From: Candidatus Hodarchaeota archaeon
Lineage (GTDB): Archaea; Asgardarchaeota; Lokiarchaeia; Sigyniarchaeales; SOKP01
Length of the DNA: 64,000 nt
Reading direction: 5' to 3'
Assembly: GCA_048886685.1 (NCBI GenBank)
Contig: JBHLKM010000001.1
Span: 224,001 to 288,000, forward strand
Below the pieces are notes generated by a model. It ran no database searches. It saw only the letters and a list, made by a program, of their open reading frames with translations, and had not been told where the DNA came from. Position 1 is the first letter of the stretch. Each line of letters starts with the position of its first letter. A program made the translations under genes and the position numbers. Shown one piece after another: positions 18,913 through 28,142 of the stretch.

Positions 18913-19881
18913 CTATTCTAACTCAATATTTAATTCTTTCATTTTTTTTTCGATTTCATTAAGATTAGGCATTGATTCTTGGGCACCCTTCCTAGTAACT
19001 GCTATAGAAGCAGCTATTGTTGCATACTTCGTGGCATTTATTATTGATTTACCTTGACTAAGTTTGCTAGCTAATACTCCTATAAAACAATCTCCAGCGC
19101 CGACTGTATCAACAGCATTTACTTTAGGGGTTCCAATTTCAATAACTTTATCGTCAGCTCCTATATAAATTAAAGATCCTTTATTCCCTAAAGTGGTTAT
19201 TACATATTTTATACCTAATTTAACAATCTCTCTGGAAGCTTGTAGAATTTTAAGTTTTCTTTCACCAGTTAACTCAGGTTGATTTAAGAAGGCATACAAT
19301 CGATATAGCTCTCTTTCATTAGGAATAATTATATCAACATTTTCCAAGACTGTAAAGGGAATCGGTTTAAGTGGGGCGGGATTCAAAATTTTTATAACAT
19401 CTCCTTGTGAAGCTATTTTAAAGATTTCTTCGATTGTTTCTATTGGTATCTCCATCTGAACAACTAATGAACTAGCATTTTTAATGATATCTGCTCTAGC
19501 TTTAACTTCTTCAACAGTTAATTTGAAATTTGCCCCAGGGGCAACACTTATCATGTTTTCCCCTTTATTATCTATCAATATGAGGGCTACTCCACTTGCT
19601 TCTTCAAAATCTCTAGTTACATGGCTCATATCGATACCCTCTTCGGTTAATTGAGAAACCATTTGATTTCCAAAAGAATCCATACCAATCTTCCCTATAA
19701 AAATAGTACTTGCCCCCGATCTAACTGCTGCGACAGCCTGGTTAGCGCCTTTGCCGCCCAAAAATTGTTTAAAGGTCCCACCAGTGACTGTTTCTCCTGG
19801 ATTTGGAAAACGCTCAGAATAGATATTTAAATCCATATTACTAGAACCAATAATTAAAACATAATTAAGCGCTTTACTCAT
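18913..19881 (-). CDS. rbsK: Ribokinase (PfkB family)
   Basis: GSSNMDL, PGETV, GGKGANQAVA, NPAP, PNE, DTVGAGDCF. Confidence 0.93.
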   Translation of the reverse strand: MSKALNYVLIIGSSNMDLNIYSERFPNPGETVTGGTFKQFLGGKGANQAVAAVRSGASTIFIGKIGMDSFGNQMVSQLTEEGIDMSHVTRDFEEASGVALILIDNKGENMISVAPGANFKLTVEEVKARADIIKNASSLVVQMEIPIETIEEIFKIASQGDVIKILNPAPLKPIPFTVLENVDIIIPNERELYRLYAFLNQPELTGERKLKILQASREIVKLGIKYVITTLGNKGSLIYIGADDKVIEIGTPKVNAVDTVGAGDCFIGVLASKLSQGKSIINATKYATIAASIAVTRKGAQESMPNLNEIEKKMKELNIELE

Positions 19882-20045
19882 ACTATATACACAGTATATG
19901 GATATGATTATGATTTTTATTATTTTTTAAATAATATTTTATTTTCTGTAAAATCGTATTACTTTATAGATGAGGTTTAGGATATTTAAAAAAACAGGAT
20001 GTTCTTTAAAAAAATAAGAGAAAAATAAAAAAATAAATTTTTAGA

Positions 20046-20363
20046 TTAATCAGAATCTTCTTTCTCTGATGCTAATTCTTCTTCTAATTCTTCTAATGGA
20101 ACAGGTGCAGGTGTAGTTAACATACTATACCCAATCCAAATAGCGATGATTGCAATTAAGACGACCAAAAGCCACAGAGGAGCCACGACGAAGAGACGCC
20201 AATCTAACCAGTCAACTCCGAATATATTACTCCAATTATCCCAATCAGGATTATCCCAAATTGTGTCAAACAATAAATCTACGATAGATCCCATTGTATA
20301 AAATACAGCAATTAGAATCCCTACAATTATAACTATTGCCCCGATAACCTTATCTTTAGCCAA
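20046..20363 (-). CDS. Small two-TM membrane protein, DPM2-like
   Basis: DKVIG....I...FYT and P.......I.YSML patterns parallel eukaryotic DPM2 as recalled; GGAG SD and TTG start. Confidence 0.55.
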   Translation of the reverse strand: MAKDKVIGAIVIIVGILIAVFYTMGSIVDLLFDTIWDNPDWDNWSNIFGVDWLDWRLFVVAPLWLLVVLIAIIAIWIGYSMLTTPAPVPLEELEEELASEKEDSD

Positions 20364-20548
20364 ATCGGTTCAACTCCTTAATTTTCTTAATTTTTTATAT
20401 ATTTTAATTTTAGAAAATTTTCAATTTATATTAAAAGTTAAAAAATTATTCAATTAAAACCATTCTATTAAAAGTAAAATTAGACTCGTAAAAATGTTAT
20501 CTTCTTTCAGTAATGATATTTAGTGTTTTAACCACTGATAATTGAACT

Positions 20549-20977
20549 TTAGGTGCTAAATGAGAAAATAGCCGAACCTTGAGAGGTAGTTCGTTTTTCA
20601 TGAGTTTCTGTTAATAAACTGATTTCTATTAGATTTTCATTATCTTCTTGGTATTTCTTTATAATTTTACCCGTAAATGTAAGAACATCATTTTCATTCA
20701 CAATATCTGAGAATCGGATTTTAAAGTTTCTCAAAATTCCACCCTTAGCCCATTTTAAGATAAAAGAAGCAATCATCCCTGCTTGAAGCATACCATGGGC
20801 AATACATCCTTTTAAGCCAGTTTTTTTAGCAAATGATTCATCGTAATGAAGCAAATTATAATCACCTGAGGCTGAAGCATAATCAACTAATTGAACACGT
20901 GTAATCGGGTCAGTTTTCTCTTCAGGTAGCTTCATTCCTACTTTAAGCTCATTAAAACTTAATTTTTTGTTTAACAA
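20549..20977 (-). CDS. MaoC-family (R)-specific dehydratase, catalytic (HadB-like) subunit
   Basis: YASASGDYNLLHYDESFAK...IAHGM hydratase-2 motif. Confidence 0.9.
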   Translation of the reverse strand: MLNKKLSFNELKVGMKLPEEKTDPITRVQLVDYASASGDYNLLHYDESFAKKTGLKGCIAHGMLQAGMIASFILKWAKGGILRNFKIRFSDIVNENDVLTFTGKIIKKYQEDNENLIEISLLTETHEKRTTSQGSAIFSFST

Positions 20978-21013
20978 TTTCTATTACTCGCTCTCTTTAT
21001 AATTTTAGTTATC

Positions 21014-21457
21014 CTAATGAAAAACGATGAGAGTATTAATAATTTCAAAGACTTTTTCATTAGAGTCTTTATTTTTTCCCTCAGTGATAGAAGTTACTAT
21101 ATCCATTTTCCCTCGCTTCCCTTCCTTTTCGATGATATTTTCAACTTTTGTCTGATAAATTATTTTGTCTCCAGCAACACATTGAGAATAATATCTAAAT
21201 TCTTTCCCGCCATCCAAAAGTTTTTTAAAATCGATACCTAAGGTAGCATAGAAATTTTTTTCCCCAGAATAGATCATTCTCGTGAAAAAAGTTGGAGGAA
21301 CAGGTAGATCTTTGTATCCCTGGTTTTTTGCTTCATTTAAATCGTAATAAATTGGGTTAGTATCCCTGATTGCATTCGCAAATTGAGTAATTTTCCATCG
21401 AGAGATAGTTCTTTCACTTGGTTCAAATTTATATCCAATAAATTTTCGATCAAGCAT
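21014..21457 (-). CDS. MaoC-like N-terminal/FAS1 dehydratase partner (HadA-like)
   Basis: KITQFANAIRDTNPIYYD..AK..GY...PVPPTF, AGD. Confidence 0.85.
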   Translation of the reverse strand: MLDRKFIGYKFEPSERTISRWKITQFANAIRDTNPIYYDLNEAKNQGYKDLPVPPTFFTRMIYSGEKNFYATLGIDFKKLLDGGKEFRYYSQCVAGDKIIYQTKVENIIEKEGKRGKMDIVTSITEGKNKDSNEKVFEIINTLIVFH

Positions 21458-21670
21458 ACTTCAATTTAATCTTAAGTTTAATAAAAGATTTTGATTTTTT
21501 CACTCTTAGGGGAAAACTTTTGACATAAAAATCAAAAGCTTAAATTCCAAAACTAATCATTCACTAATAATTTTTCTAAATAAAAACGAAATTTATATTT
21601 TTTATATTATTATCAAAGTTGGGAATATACTATATTAATCAAATTGAGAAATTAAAGGAGTTAAAATACA

Positions 21671-21868
21671 ATGTCTTTTGATATTAAAATTGATATGGAT
21701 GCCTGTACGGGATGCGGTACATGCTACGAAGTTTGTCCTTCTGAATGTTTTGACGAACCCGAAGGAGGTAAAGTCAACGTTATAGAAGATAACAGAGAAG
21801 ATTGTGTAGGATGTAGAGCCTGTGAAACTCAATGTCCCGAAGAAGCAATAGAGATCATTGAAAACTAG
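21671..21868 (+). CDS. 2x[4Fe-4S] ferredoxin
   Basis: CTGCGTCYEVCP and CVGCRACETQCP; GGAG SD. Confidence 0.95.
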   Translation: MSFDIKIDMDACTGCGTCYEVCPSECFDEPEGGKVNVIEDNREDCVGCRACETQCPEEAIEIIEN

Positions 21869-21911
21869 ATTTTCAGAATCGGTAAATCTAATTTCTTTTT
21901 TTTATTTTTTC
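21866..21911 (+). terminator. Putative terminator
   Basis: TAGATTT...AAATCTA stem followed by long T tracts. Confidence 0.45.
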
Positions 21912-22017
21912 TTTATATTTTTATTTTAAAATTCATAAAAGGGTTTATAGTAACGCATTTTTCTTGATATTCAGGAAAATTAGAAAATTAAAAATTAGAA
22001 AGAGGGTTTATTTGAAA

Positions 22018-23130
22018 TTACCACAATAAGATTCTACTACAATTTTTACAGGTTCCTTCATTTATTTGCATATTTATGCAGCTTTCGTGATATGGAGCTT
22101 TACATTCTTGACAGACATAAATCTTTCCCATATGTTCAGTAAAATCATAACCACAATATACACATTTACTTGTATAAGAAAAATTATCTGAACTATTAGC
22201 ATCTAATTCAACAATCTGCGAAGTTCCCGTTAATCCCAACCCTCCAGAAGTGGGTGTTAAATAGTTATTTTGCTGGGTTTCTGCAGAAGTTTGAAAATAT
22301 TGCTGTTGAGTTTGAGGTGTTTCCCAATCAGAAATGTATCCTGGTGTTGGAGTTTTTGAAATGCCCATCTTTTGAGATACTTTTTCATCGAGGATATTTG
22401 TCAAAATTAATGCTGATGCATATTTTCCTTTAGCTCCTCCTTTCTGTAAGTGAGTATGACTTATCATATGAATAATTCGGCCTCCCATCTTTCCATAATC
22501 AAATTCTACAAGTACAGGAGATTCTCCCCATTTATTTTGAATTTCCCAAGAATTTATTAACACCCTGACAGCTTGATGGTTAATAATTTGGATTGGAAAG
22601 GAACGAGTTTCTAACCACCAGCGAAATTCAGATTTTTTTGTATTTTTCGCAGTTTGCTTTTGCCATTTACTTTGTTGAATTTCGCTTAGAACACCCTCTA
22701 AAAATGGATGGTCTGGCTGTATTATTTGACAAGGAACGACTGCATCGGCAGTTTTTGCACGATTCCATCTTATATACCCAGGAAAAATATTCTCTATTAT
22801 GCTTTGAAGTGCCCAATCAGTAGTTATTAACCATCCTCCATTTGTGACGAAATCTTTCACTTTTGGATAAGCTGCATGGGGAATATCACTACCAGGGCAC
22901 CCTATAAGAACTACATCATATTGAGCTAGATTTTCTTTCATGATTTCTCTTTCTTTCACGACATTTTTCACTGAAGCGTACATATGTTCTACAACTTTTT
23001 TGGGTTTTTCATACCTTCCACTTATTGCTAAAATTTTTCCATGTTTTTCTACCGCGTCCACAACATCCTTTTTATTTAGTGCTTCCATCTTGCGTTTCTT
23101 GACTTCGGAATAGATATCTTTCAAACTCAT
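22018..23130 (-). CDS. Class-I GATase-like fold protein fused to a C-terminal C4HC3 RING/PHD-like zinc finger
   Basis: YDVVLIGCPG...FVTNGGWLITTDWAL...HPFL; T/Q-rich linker; CVYC..CQECKAPYHESC..CKNC at the C-terminus. Confidence 0.65.
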   Translation of the reverse strand: MSLKDIYSEVKKRKMEALNKKDVVDAVEKHGKILAISGRYEKPKKVVEHMYASVKNVVKEREIMKENLAQYDVVLIGCPGSDIPHAAYPKVKDFVTNGGWLITTDWALQSIIENIFPGYIRWNRAKTADAVVPCQIIQPDHPFLEGVLSEIQQSKWQKQTAKNTKKSEFRWWLETRSFPIQIINHQAVRVLINSWEIQNKWGESPVLVEFDYGKMGGRIIHMISHTHLQKGGAKGKYASALILTNILDEKVSQKMGISKTPTPGYISDWETPQTQQQYFQTSAETQQNNYLTPTSGGLGLTGTSQIVELDANSSDNFSYTSKCVYCGYDFTEHMGKIYVCQECKAPYHESCINMQINEGTCKNCSRILLW

Positions 23131-23211
23131 TTGTTTAGCCTTTAAATAATATTATAAAGAATTTAGTGTTATTTTATAATTATTATAAAATAATAATTAT
23201 ATATATTTTAA

Positions 23212-24720
23212 GTGGAAGGGATATTTTTGTCTAAATTAAGGGATTTAGGACAACCTTATGAATTTTGGGAGTATTTTGAACAAATAACTAAAATCCCTCG
23301 ATGTTCAGAGCACGAAGAAAAAGTGAGAACTTATATAAAGGAAGAAGCTGAGAAATTTGGATTTGTAACCCAGAGTGATAAGACAGGAAATCTTGTAGTA
23401 AGAATTTCACCAAACCAAGAACCAAAAGAAAAAGTTGTATTACAATGTCATTTGGATATGGTGTGTGAAAAAAATGAGGAAATTTCTCATGATTTTTCAA
23501 AGGATCCATTAAAATTAAAAATTATTGAAATTGACAATGAAAAGTGGGTTACTGCTGAAGGAACCACCTTAGGTGCAGATAATGGGGTTGGTATAGGGTA
23601 TTTATTAACATTTATGAAAAAAATCCATGACAGAGATTTGAACTTCGATACACTTGAATTTGATCTGTTATTTACTATTGATGAAGAAAGCGGTTTACGT
23701 GGAGCATTTAACATTGATGATAATTTAATAGATGGGAATTTTCTTATTAACTTAGATGCAGAAGACGAGGATTCCGTAACAATTGGCTGTGCGGGGGGAA
23801 GAGTGACATTTTTTCATATAAAAAAAGAAACTGTTAGGATAAATAAGAAAGAAAATCTAGTTCCAATAAAGATTTTTGTATCAGGGTTGGTTGGAGGGCA
23901 TTCGGGAGCTGATATTCATTTAGGAAGAGGGAATGCATTAAAAATAATAGGCGAAGTACTTTGGAAATTAAACAACAAGTTTAAAATATATATTAACTCT
24001 ATTAATGGGGGCAACAGAACTAATGCAATACCTAGGGAAGCCAGAGCTAATATTTTTATTAGAGAGGAGGATTTTTTAGCGATACGTGAATTTATTAAGG
24101 AACTTGTAATGAAAATTAAGGTAGTTTTTAATGGCATTGACCCTGAATTGAGTATTTCGGTTGAGAAACTGGAAACCTCAGATGAAAACGAAGTAATAAT
24201 AAAAGAAATTCAAGACAATATTCTTAACCTTTTGTATACAATACCAAATGGACCTCTTTCTATGCATCCAAAAATTAAGGGACTTGTTTTTACTTCGTCT
24301 AACTTGGGAGTAATAAAAACTGAAAAGAATAAGATTGAAATAAAGTTAAGCCAACGAAGTTTGAGCGAATATTTTAAAATGATTATTTGGGAGAAAGCGC
24401 TATCTTTATTCAACTTAATGGATTTAGAGACAGAAATCATTATAGATTCCGATTATCCTGGTTGGCAACCAGATTTTAATTCTAAACTTTTAAAATTTAC
24501 TGAAGAAGCATTTAAAACCTTATTTAATAAAGAGATTGAGGTTAAAGCAATTCATGCCGGATTGGAATGTGGAATTTTAAAGAAAAAATTTCCTGATATG
24601 GATATGATATCCATTGGGCCTAAAAACATTGGTGGTCATTCCCCTGATGAGAGAATATCGATACAATCCGTTGAGAAAATTTGGAATTTCTTGATATCCC
24701 TATTAACAATATTAAATTAG
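23212..24720 (+). CDS. pepD: Aminoacyl-histidine dipeptidase (peptidase M20C)
   Basis: LQCHLDMVCEK, TTLGADNG, DEE.G, GGHSG.DI, IHAGLECG, HSPDE. Confidence 0.93.
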   Translation: MEGIFLSKLRDLGQPYEFWEYFEQITKIPRCSEHEEKVRTYIKEEAEKFGFVTQSDKTGNLVVRISPNQEPKEKVVLQCHLDMVCEKNEEISHDFSKDPLKLKIIEIDNEKWVTAEGTTLGADNGVGIGYLLTFMKKIHDRDLNFDTLEFDLLFTIDEESGLRGAFNIDDNLIDGNFLINLDAEDEDSVTIGCAGGRVTFFHIKKETVRINKKENLVPIKIFVSGLVGGHSGADIHLGRGNALKIIGEVLWKLNNKFKIYINSINGGNRTNAIPREARANIFIREEDFLAIREFIKELVMKIKVVFNGIDPELSISVEKLETSDENEVIIKEIQDNILNLLYTIPNGPLSMHPKIKGLVFTSSNLGVIKTEKNKIEIKLSQRSLSEYFKMIIWEKALSLFNLMDLETEIIIDSDYPGWQPDFNSKLLKFTEEAFKTLFNKEIEVKAIHAGLECGILKKKFPDMDMISIGPKNIGGHSPDERISIQSVEKIWNFLISLLTILN

Positions 24721-24792
24721 AATATTGAAATTTGTAAGATATTATTTGAAAAAATTATTAAATTGTAATGAATAATTCAATTATAGTTTATT

Positions 24793-25320
24793 ATGCAAAA
24801 ACGATCCCCTACTAAAGAACAATTTAGAAAAGAAGATATAATTGGTTCTGAGACTGTAATGGAGAAAATCAAAAAGAAAACTCCATGGATTCTTGGAAGT
24901 GCACTAAGAAAACCGAAAGTAAATTTTCCAAAATTTAAGGTTCCCAAATTATCTCTTCCGATGCCATCAAGATCAATAAGTATAATAGCTGTATTTATTG
25001 TTCTATTTGTACTTCAGACAGGAATAGCATATTTAGTTGTTAGAGAACCTCCCGCACTAGGTGCGACCCCCCCTCCAAATAATGAGCCTATTTTTATAAT
25101 TACCGATATTAATGAAGCTTTTATTATTGAGAGCATTGTGGCTTCAATACTTATTCTATTATGCTCTACTGGATTTATAATTTTATATCAAGCGTCAAAA
25201 TATGTATATAATCGAAAAATGGCCTTATCATATTTAGCAATTGGAGTAATTTTAATACTCGTGTGCTTTATATCGTTACAATATATCATTGCTGTCAAGA
25301 CAGGAGTGTTGGATCAGTAA
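24793..25320 (+). CDS. OSTC/DC2-like (Ost3/Ost6 TM-family) oligosaccharyltransferase subunit
   Basis: Three TMs; MPS...G..Y.VV.EPP.LG...F...N..FI.E......L....GFIIL matches the DC2 pattern; no thioredoxin domain. Confidence 0.75.
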   Translation: MQKRSPTKEQFRKEDIIGSETVMEKIKKKTPWILGSALRKPKVNFPKFKVPKLSLPMPSRSISIIAVFIVLFVLQTGIAYLVVREPPALGATPPPNNEPIFIITDINEAFIIESIVASILILLCSTGFIILYQASKYVYNRKMALSYLAIGVILILVCFISLQYIIAVKTGVLDQ

Positions 25321-25767
25321 TAGTTAAGTATAATCATCAGGATAGATTCAGTGAGCATCCTCATGATAGGTTGCGCAAAACCAGTTTTGGTGCTTATGAC
25401 TAAAAGCATTTTTTTTAATATCACCTCAATTTTTCCCATTAAACAAGTATCAAATACACTAATTTAAACTTTTATTAAAAAATCTTAGAGACACTTTTTA
25501 TTTTTGTCGTTCATTTTTATTCACTTTGACAATCTTATTTTTAAAAGAATTTCGTTTTATGGGAATTAAATAAACCTCATAGTGTGATATTGACCACCCA
25601 CAACTTACCACCTATAACTTATTGGGGAAGAGCTATAAATCTTAATCCAGTAATAATTGATTGGAATGTTTTAAAGCTAAACTAGATCATTATTCAAACT
25701 TCTTAGAGAATATTATTTTTAAAAAAAAAGAAAAAAAATATAGAATAAAAATGTAATTTCTGGCTTA

Positions 25768-26160
25768 TTATCCAGTAAAAGCGTTGTATGCTGCTTCGTC
25801 TATTAAATTACCTTTTTCAGCATCCCAGTTCGAAGGTTCGATTTTATAGAGCCAAGCTGCAAAAGCATCTTCATTAATCTTTTCTGGCTCATCCATTAAA
25901 TCAGAATTAATTGCAATGACTGTACCTGAGACTGGGCTATAAATATCTCCAACAGCTTTACTGCTTTCTACAGTACAATCTATTGGATCGCTAGTAGGCT
26001 CGTCCCCATCCATCTTTACTTGTTCTAATTCAGCACCATCAAGACCTTCAACATCAACAAAAGATATCTCACCTAATTGCTCAGCTGCATAGGGGGTGAT
26101 TCCAACTTCTTTTGTTCCATCATCAAACCATTGATGTGTTTTAGTAAACCATTTAGCCAT
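25768..26160 (-). CDS. gcvH: Glycine cleavage system H protein (lipoyl carrier)
   Basis: VGITPYAAEQLG, VESSKAVGDIYSPVSG (lipoyl-Lys), PEKIN. Confidence 0.93.
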   Translation of the reverse strand: MAKWFTKTHQWFDDGTKEVGITPYAAEQLGEISFVDVEGLDGAELEQVKMDGDEPTSDPIDCTVESSKAVGDIYSPVSGTVIAINSDLMDEPEKINEDAFAAWLYKIEPSNWDAEKGNLIDEAAYNAFTG

Positions 26161-26281
26161 TTTTATCTAACTCCTTTTAAATTTATTTATGAATTAAAAA
26201 TAATATTGAATTAAATAATATGTTTTAATTAATTAAGGTAATAATTTAAAATTTTATTATTGAGATTTTTAATCAGATTAT

Positions 26282-27127
26282 TTGAATGATATGGTTTCAA
26301 GACTAAAGCACAAACTAAACTTCTATAATGAATTTAAAGATTTTTATTTTCAAATAATAAACGATTTTAAATTTGATTATCAAGAAGATTGTAAAGCACG
26401 TGATTATTTATCAGAGATATTATCAAAAAAAAACCTTAAGTGGAAAATAGAAAAGATTATAAAATCTTTTAAAACCCTAATTGTATCAAAACCCGTAATT
26501 TTAATCTATGGTTGTGGTCCTTCATTAGAAGAGACTGTTGATAAAATATTGAGACAAAAAGGGAAGAATTATTTTGATAAGTTTATCAATATAGCTGCTA
26601 ATGGTGCTTCAGTTTTTTTGAGGGAAAAAAATATAACAATTGATGCGATATTTACAGATTTAGATGGTATAACCAGAAATGAATTTATTTATTCAAAATT
26701 TAATGTAATTCATGCACATGGAGATAATATTGAGAAGTTAATATCTTTTGAGAAGTATATCCTAGAATTTGAAAATGTTATTGGAACTACTCAAGTGGAA
26801 CCCTTAGAGAATGTTATAAACCCGGGAGGATTCACAGATGGTGATAGGATTCTTTATTTCATTCATAAATTATTAAATCCGTCTCAAATAATATTTCTTA
26901 TCGGAATGGATTTTAAGAATATTGTTGGTAAATACTCCAAATTAGATATTAAGAACGATCAAGAAGGTAGTTTGATTAAAAAAAAAAAACTACGCTATGC
27001 CGTTGAGTTATTAGAGTGGATTAAAATTAGAATAATAAATGAGATATTTTTTGTAAATTCTGAGATTGTATCTGATAAATTCAGATATATATCTGTAAGA
27101 GATTTCATAAAAATGAATAATTCTTGA
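26282..27127 (+). CDS. mptE: 6-hydroxymethyl-7,8-dihydropterin pyrophosphokinase (DUF115)
   Basis: GCGPSL, TDLDG, HAHGDN, GTTQ, GGFTDGDR, GMDF. Confidence 0.85.
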   Translation: MNDMVSRLKHKLNFYNEFKDFYFQIINDFKFDYQEDCKARDYLSEILSKKNLKWKIEKIIKSFKTLIVSKPVILIYGCGPSLEETVDKILRQKGKNYFDKFINIAANGASVFLREKNITIDAIFTDLDGITRNEFIYSKFNVIHAHGDNIEKLISFEKYILEFENVIGTTQVEPLENVINPGGFTDGDRILYFIHKLLNPSQIIFLIGMDFKNIVGKYSKLDIKNDQEGSLIKKKKLRYAVELLEWIKIRIINEIFFVNSEIVSDKFRYISVRDFIKMNNS

Positions 27128-27130
27128 ATT

Positions 27131-27949
27131 TTAAATTTTATAGTCCTGAATCCCTTTTGGGGTAATTTTATAAAGAAGTTTCTTTTCTGTAAGATTTAAT
27201 GAATTAACTAGTTGAACATAATTCTTTTCCTTACCTTTTTTACTTAAATACACATATTCTGAGAAGAAATGGTTTAAAAATTGATTTCCAACAGGAATTT
27301 CTCGAATATTTGCTTTTTCAGAGAAACTGGAAGCAACTTGGGAAGTCGCTATTGTTATTAAATTAAATTTATAAGTTAACTCATCAACTTTTTTTAGAAT
27401 CTTCAAAAATATGTCCTTTGCCTTATTGAATGATATATTTTTATCACCTAAATCAGCCCTAAAATGATTGTTAATTGTGTCAATGATTAAAATGCCTCCA
27501 CGATTTTTTATAATAGCATTTTCAAGATCCGCTAGAGCCAATAAAAATGCTGAGTTACTCATAATTTTTGATACTATGACACTTTCGAGCACATGTTGAA
27601 ATTCAAATTCAGAAGGTGTCAATAATTCTCTTATTCTTTCAGGACGAAATGTATTTTCTGTATCAAAATAAAATATGTATTTAATATTTTTTGAACTTAA
27701 TATTTTATTGAGATGTTTATAAGTTTGAACGCATAATTGGTGACATAGCTGGGTTTTACCTGTTTTATTTGATCCAAAGATCAAATATTTTTTTTTTGAA
27801 TAAAAACCACCCCCTATTACATCATCAAAGTTTCTAGAACCCAAGGGCAGAATAAATCGATCTTTTTGCTGATCTTCTGATATAGAAATAATTTGGTTGG
27901 GTGTTATGATTTGGGTTTTTTTTATTTCTAAAATTTCATGAAGACTCAT
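27131..27949 (-). CDS. RadA/Rad51-family paralogue lacking the N-terminal HhH domain
   Basis: GSNKTGKTQLCHQL, DTENTFRPER, IIDT. Confidence 0.85.
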   Translation of the reverse strand: MSLHEILEIKKTQIITPNQIISISEDQQKDRFILPLGSRNFDDVIGGGFYSKKKYLIFGSNKTGKTQLCHQLCVQTYKHLNKILSSKNIKYIFYFDTENTFRPERIRELLTPSEFEFQHVLESVIVSKIMSNSAFLLALADLENAIIKNRGGILIIDTINNHFRADLGDKNISFNKAKDIFLKILKKVDELTYKFNLITIATSQVASSFSEKANIREIPVGNQFLNHFFSEYVYLSKKGKEKNYVQLVNSLNLTEKKLLYKITPKGIQDYKI

Positions 27950-28142
27950 TTATATGTATTAAGATAATTTAAATTTAAATATAGTTTTGTGTATACTAAT
28001 TAAACCTAAATAATTATAGCTCAGAATTCTAGATTAAAAACGTAAAATTAATTTAAAAATAAACATAAAATTAATATCATAGTGCTTAAAATGTAAATTT
28101 TAATCTCTTATATTTTGGAATAAATATTAATATCCAAATAAA

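Noticed and set aside
25310-25370. Box C/D sRNA or SECIS reading of the minus strand
   Set aside because: Guide spacers are 6 and 16 nt rather than about 12 and are AT-rich, and the SECIS quartet register fails to pair; kept only as a generic structured-element finding
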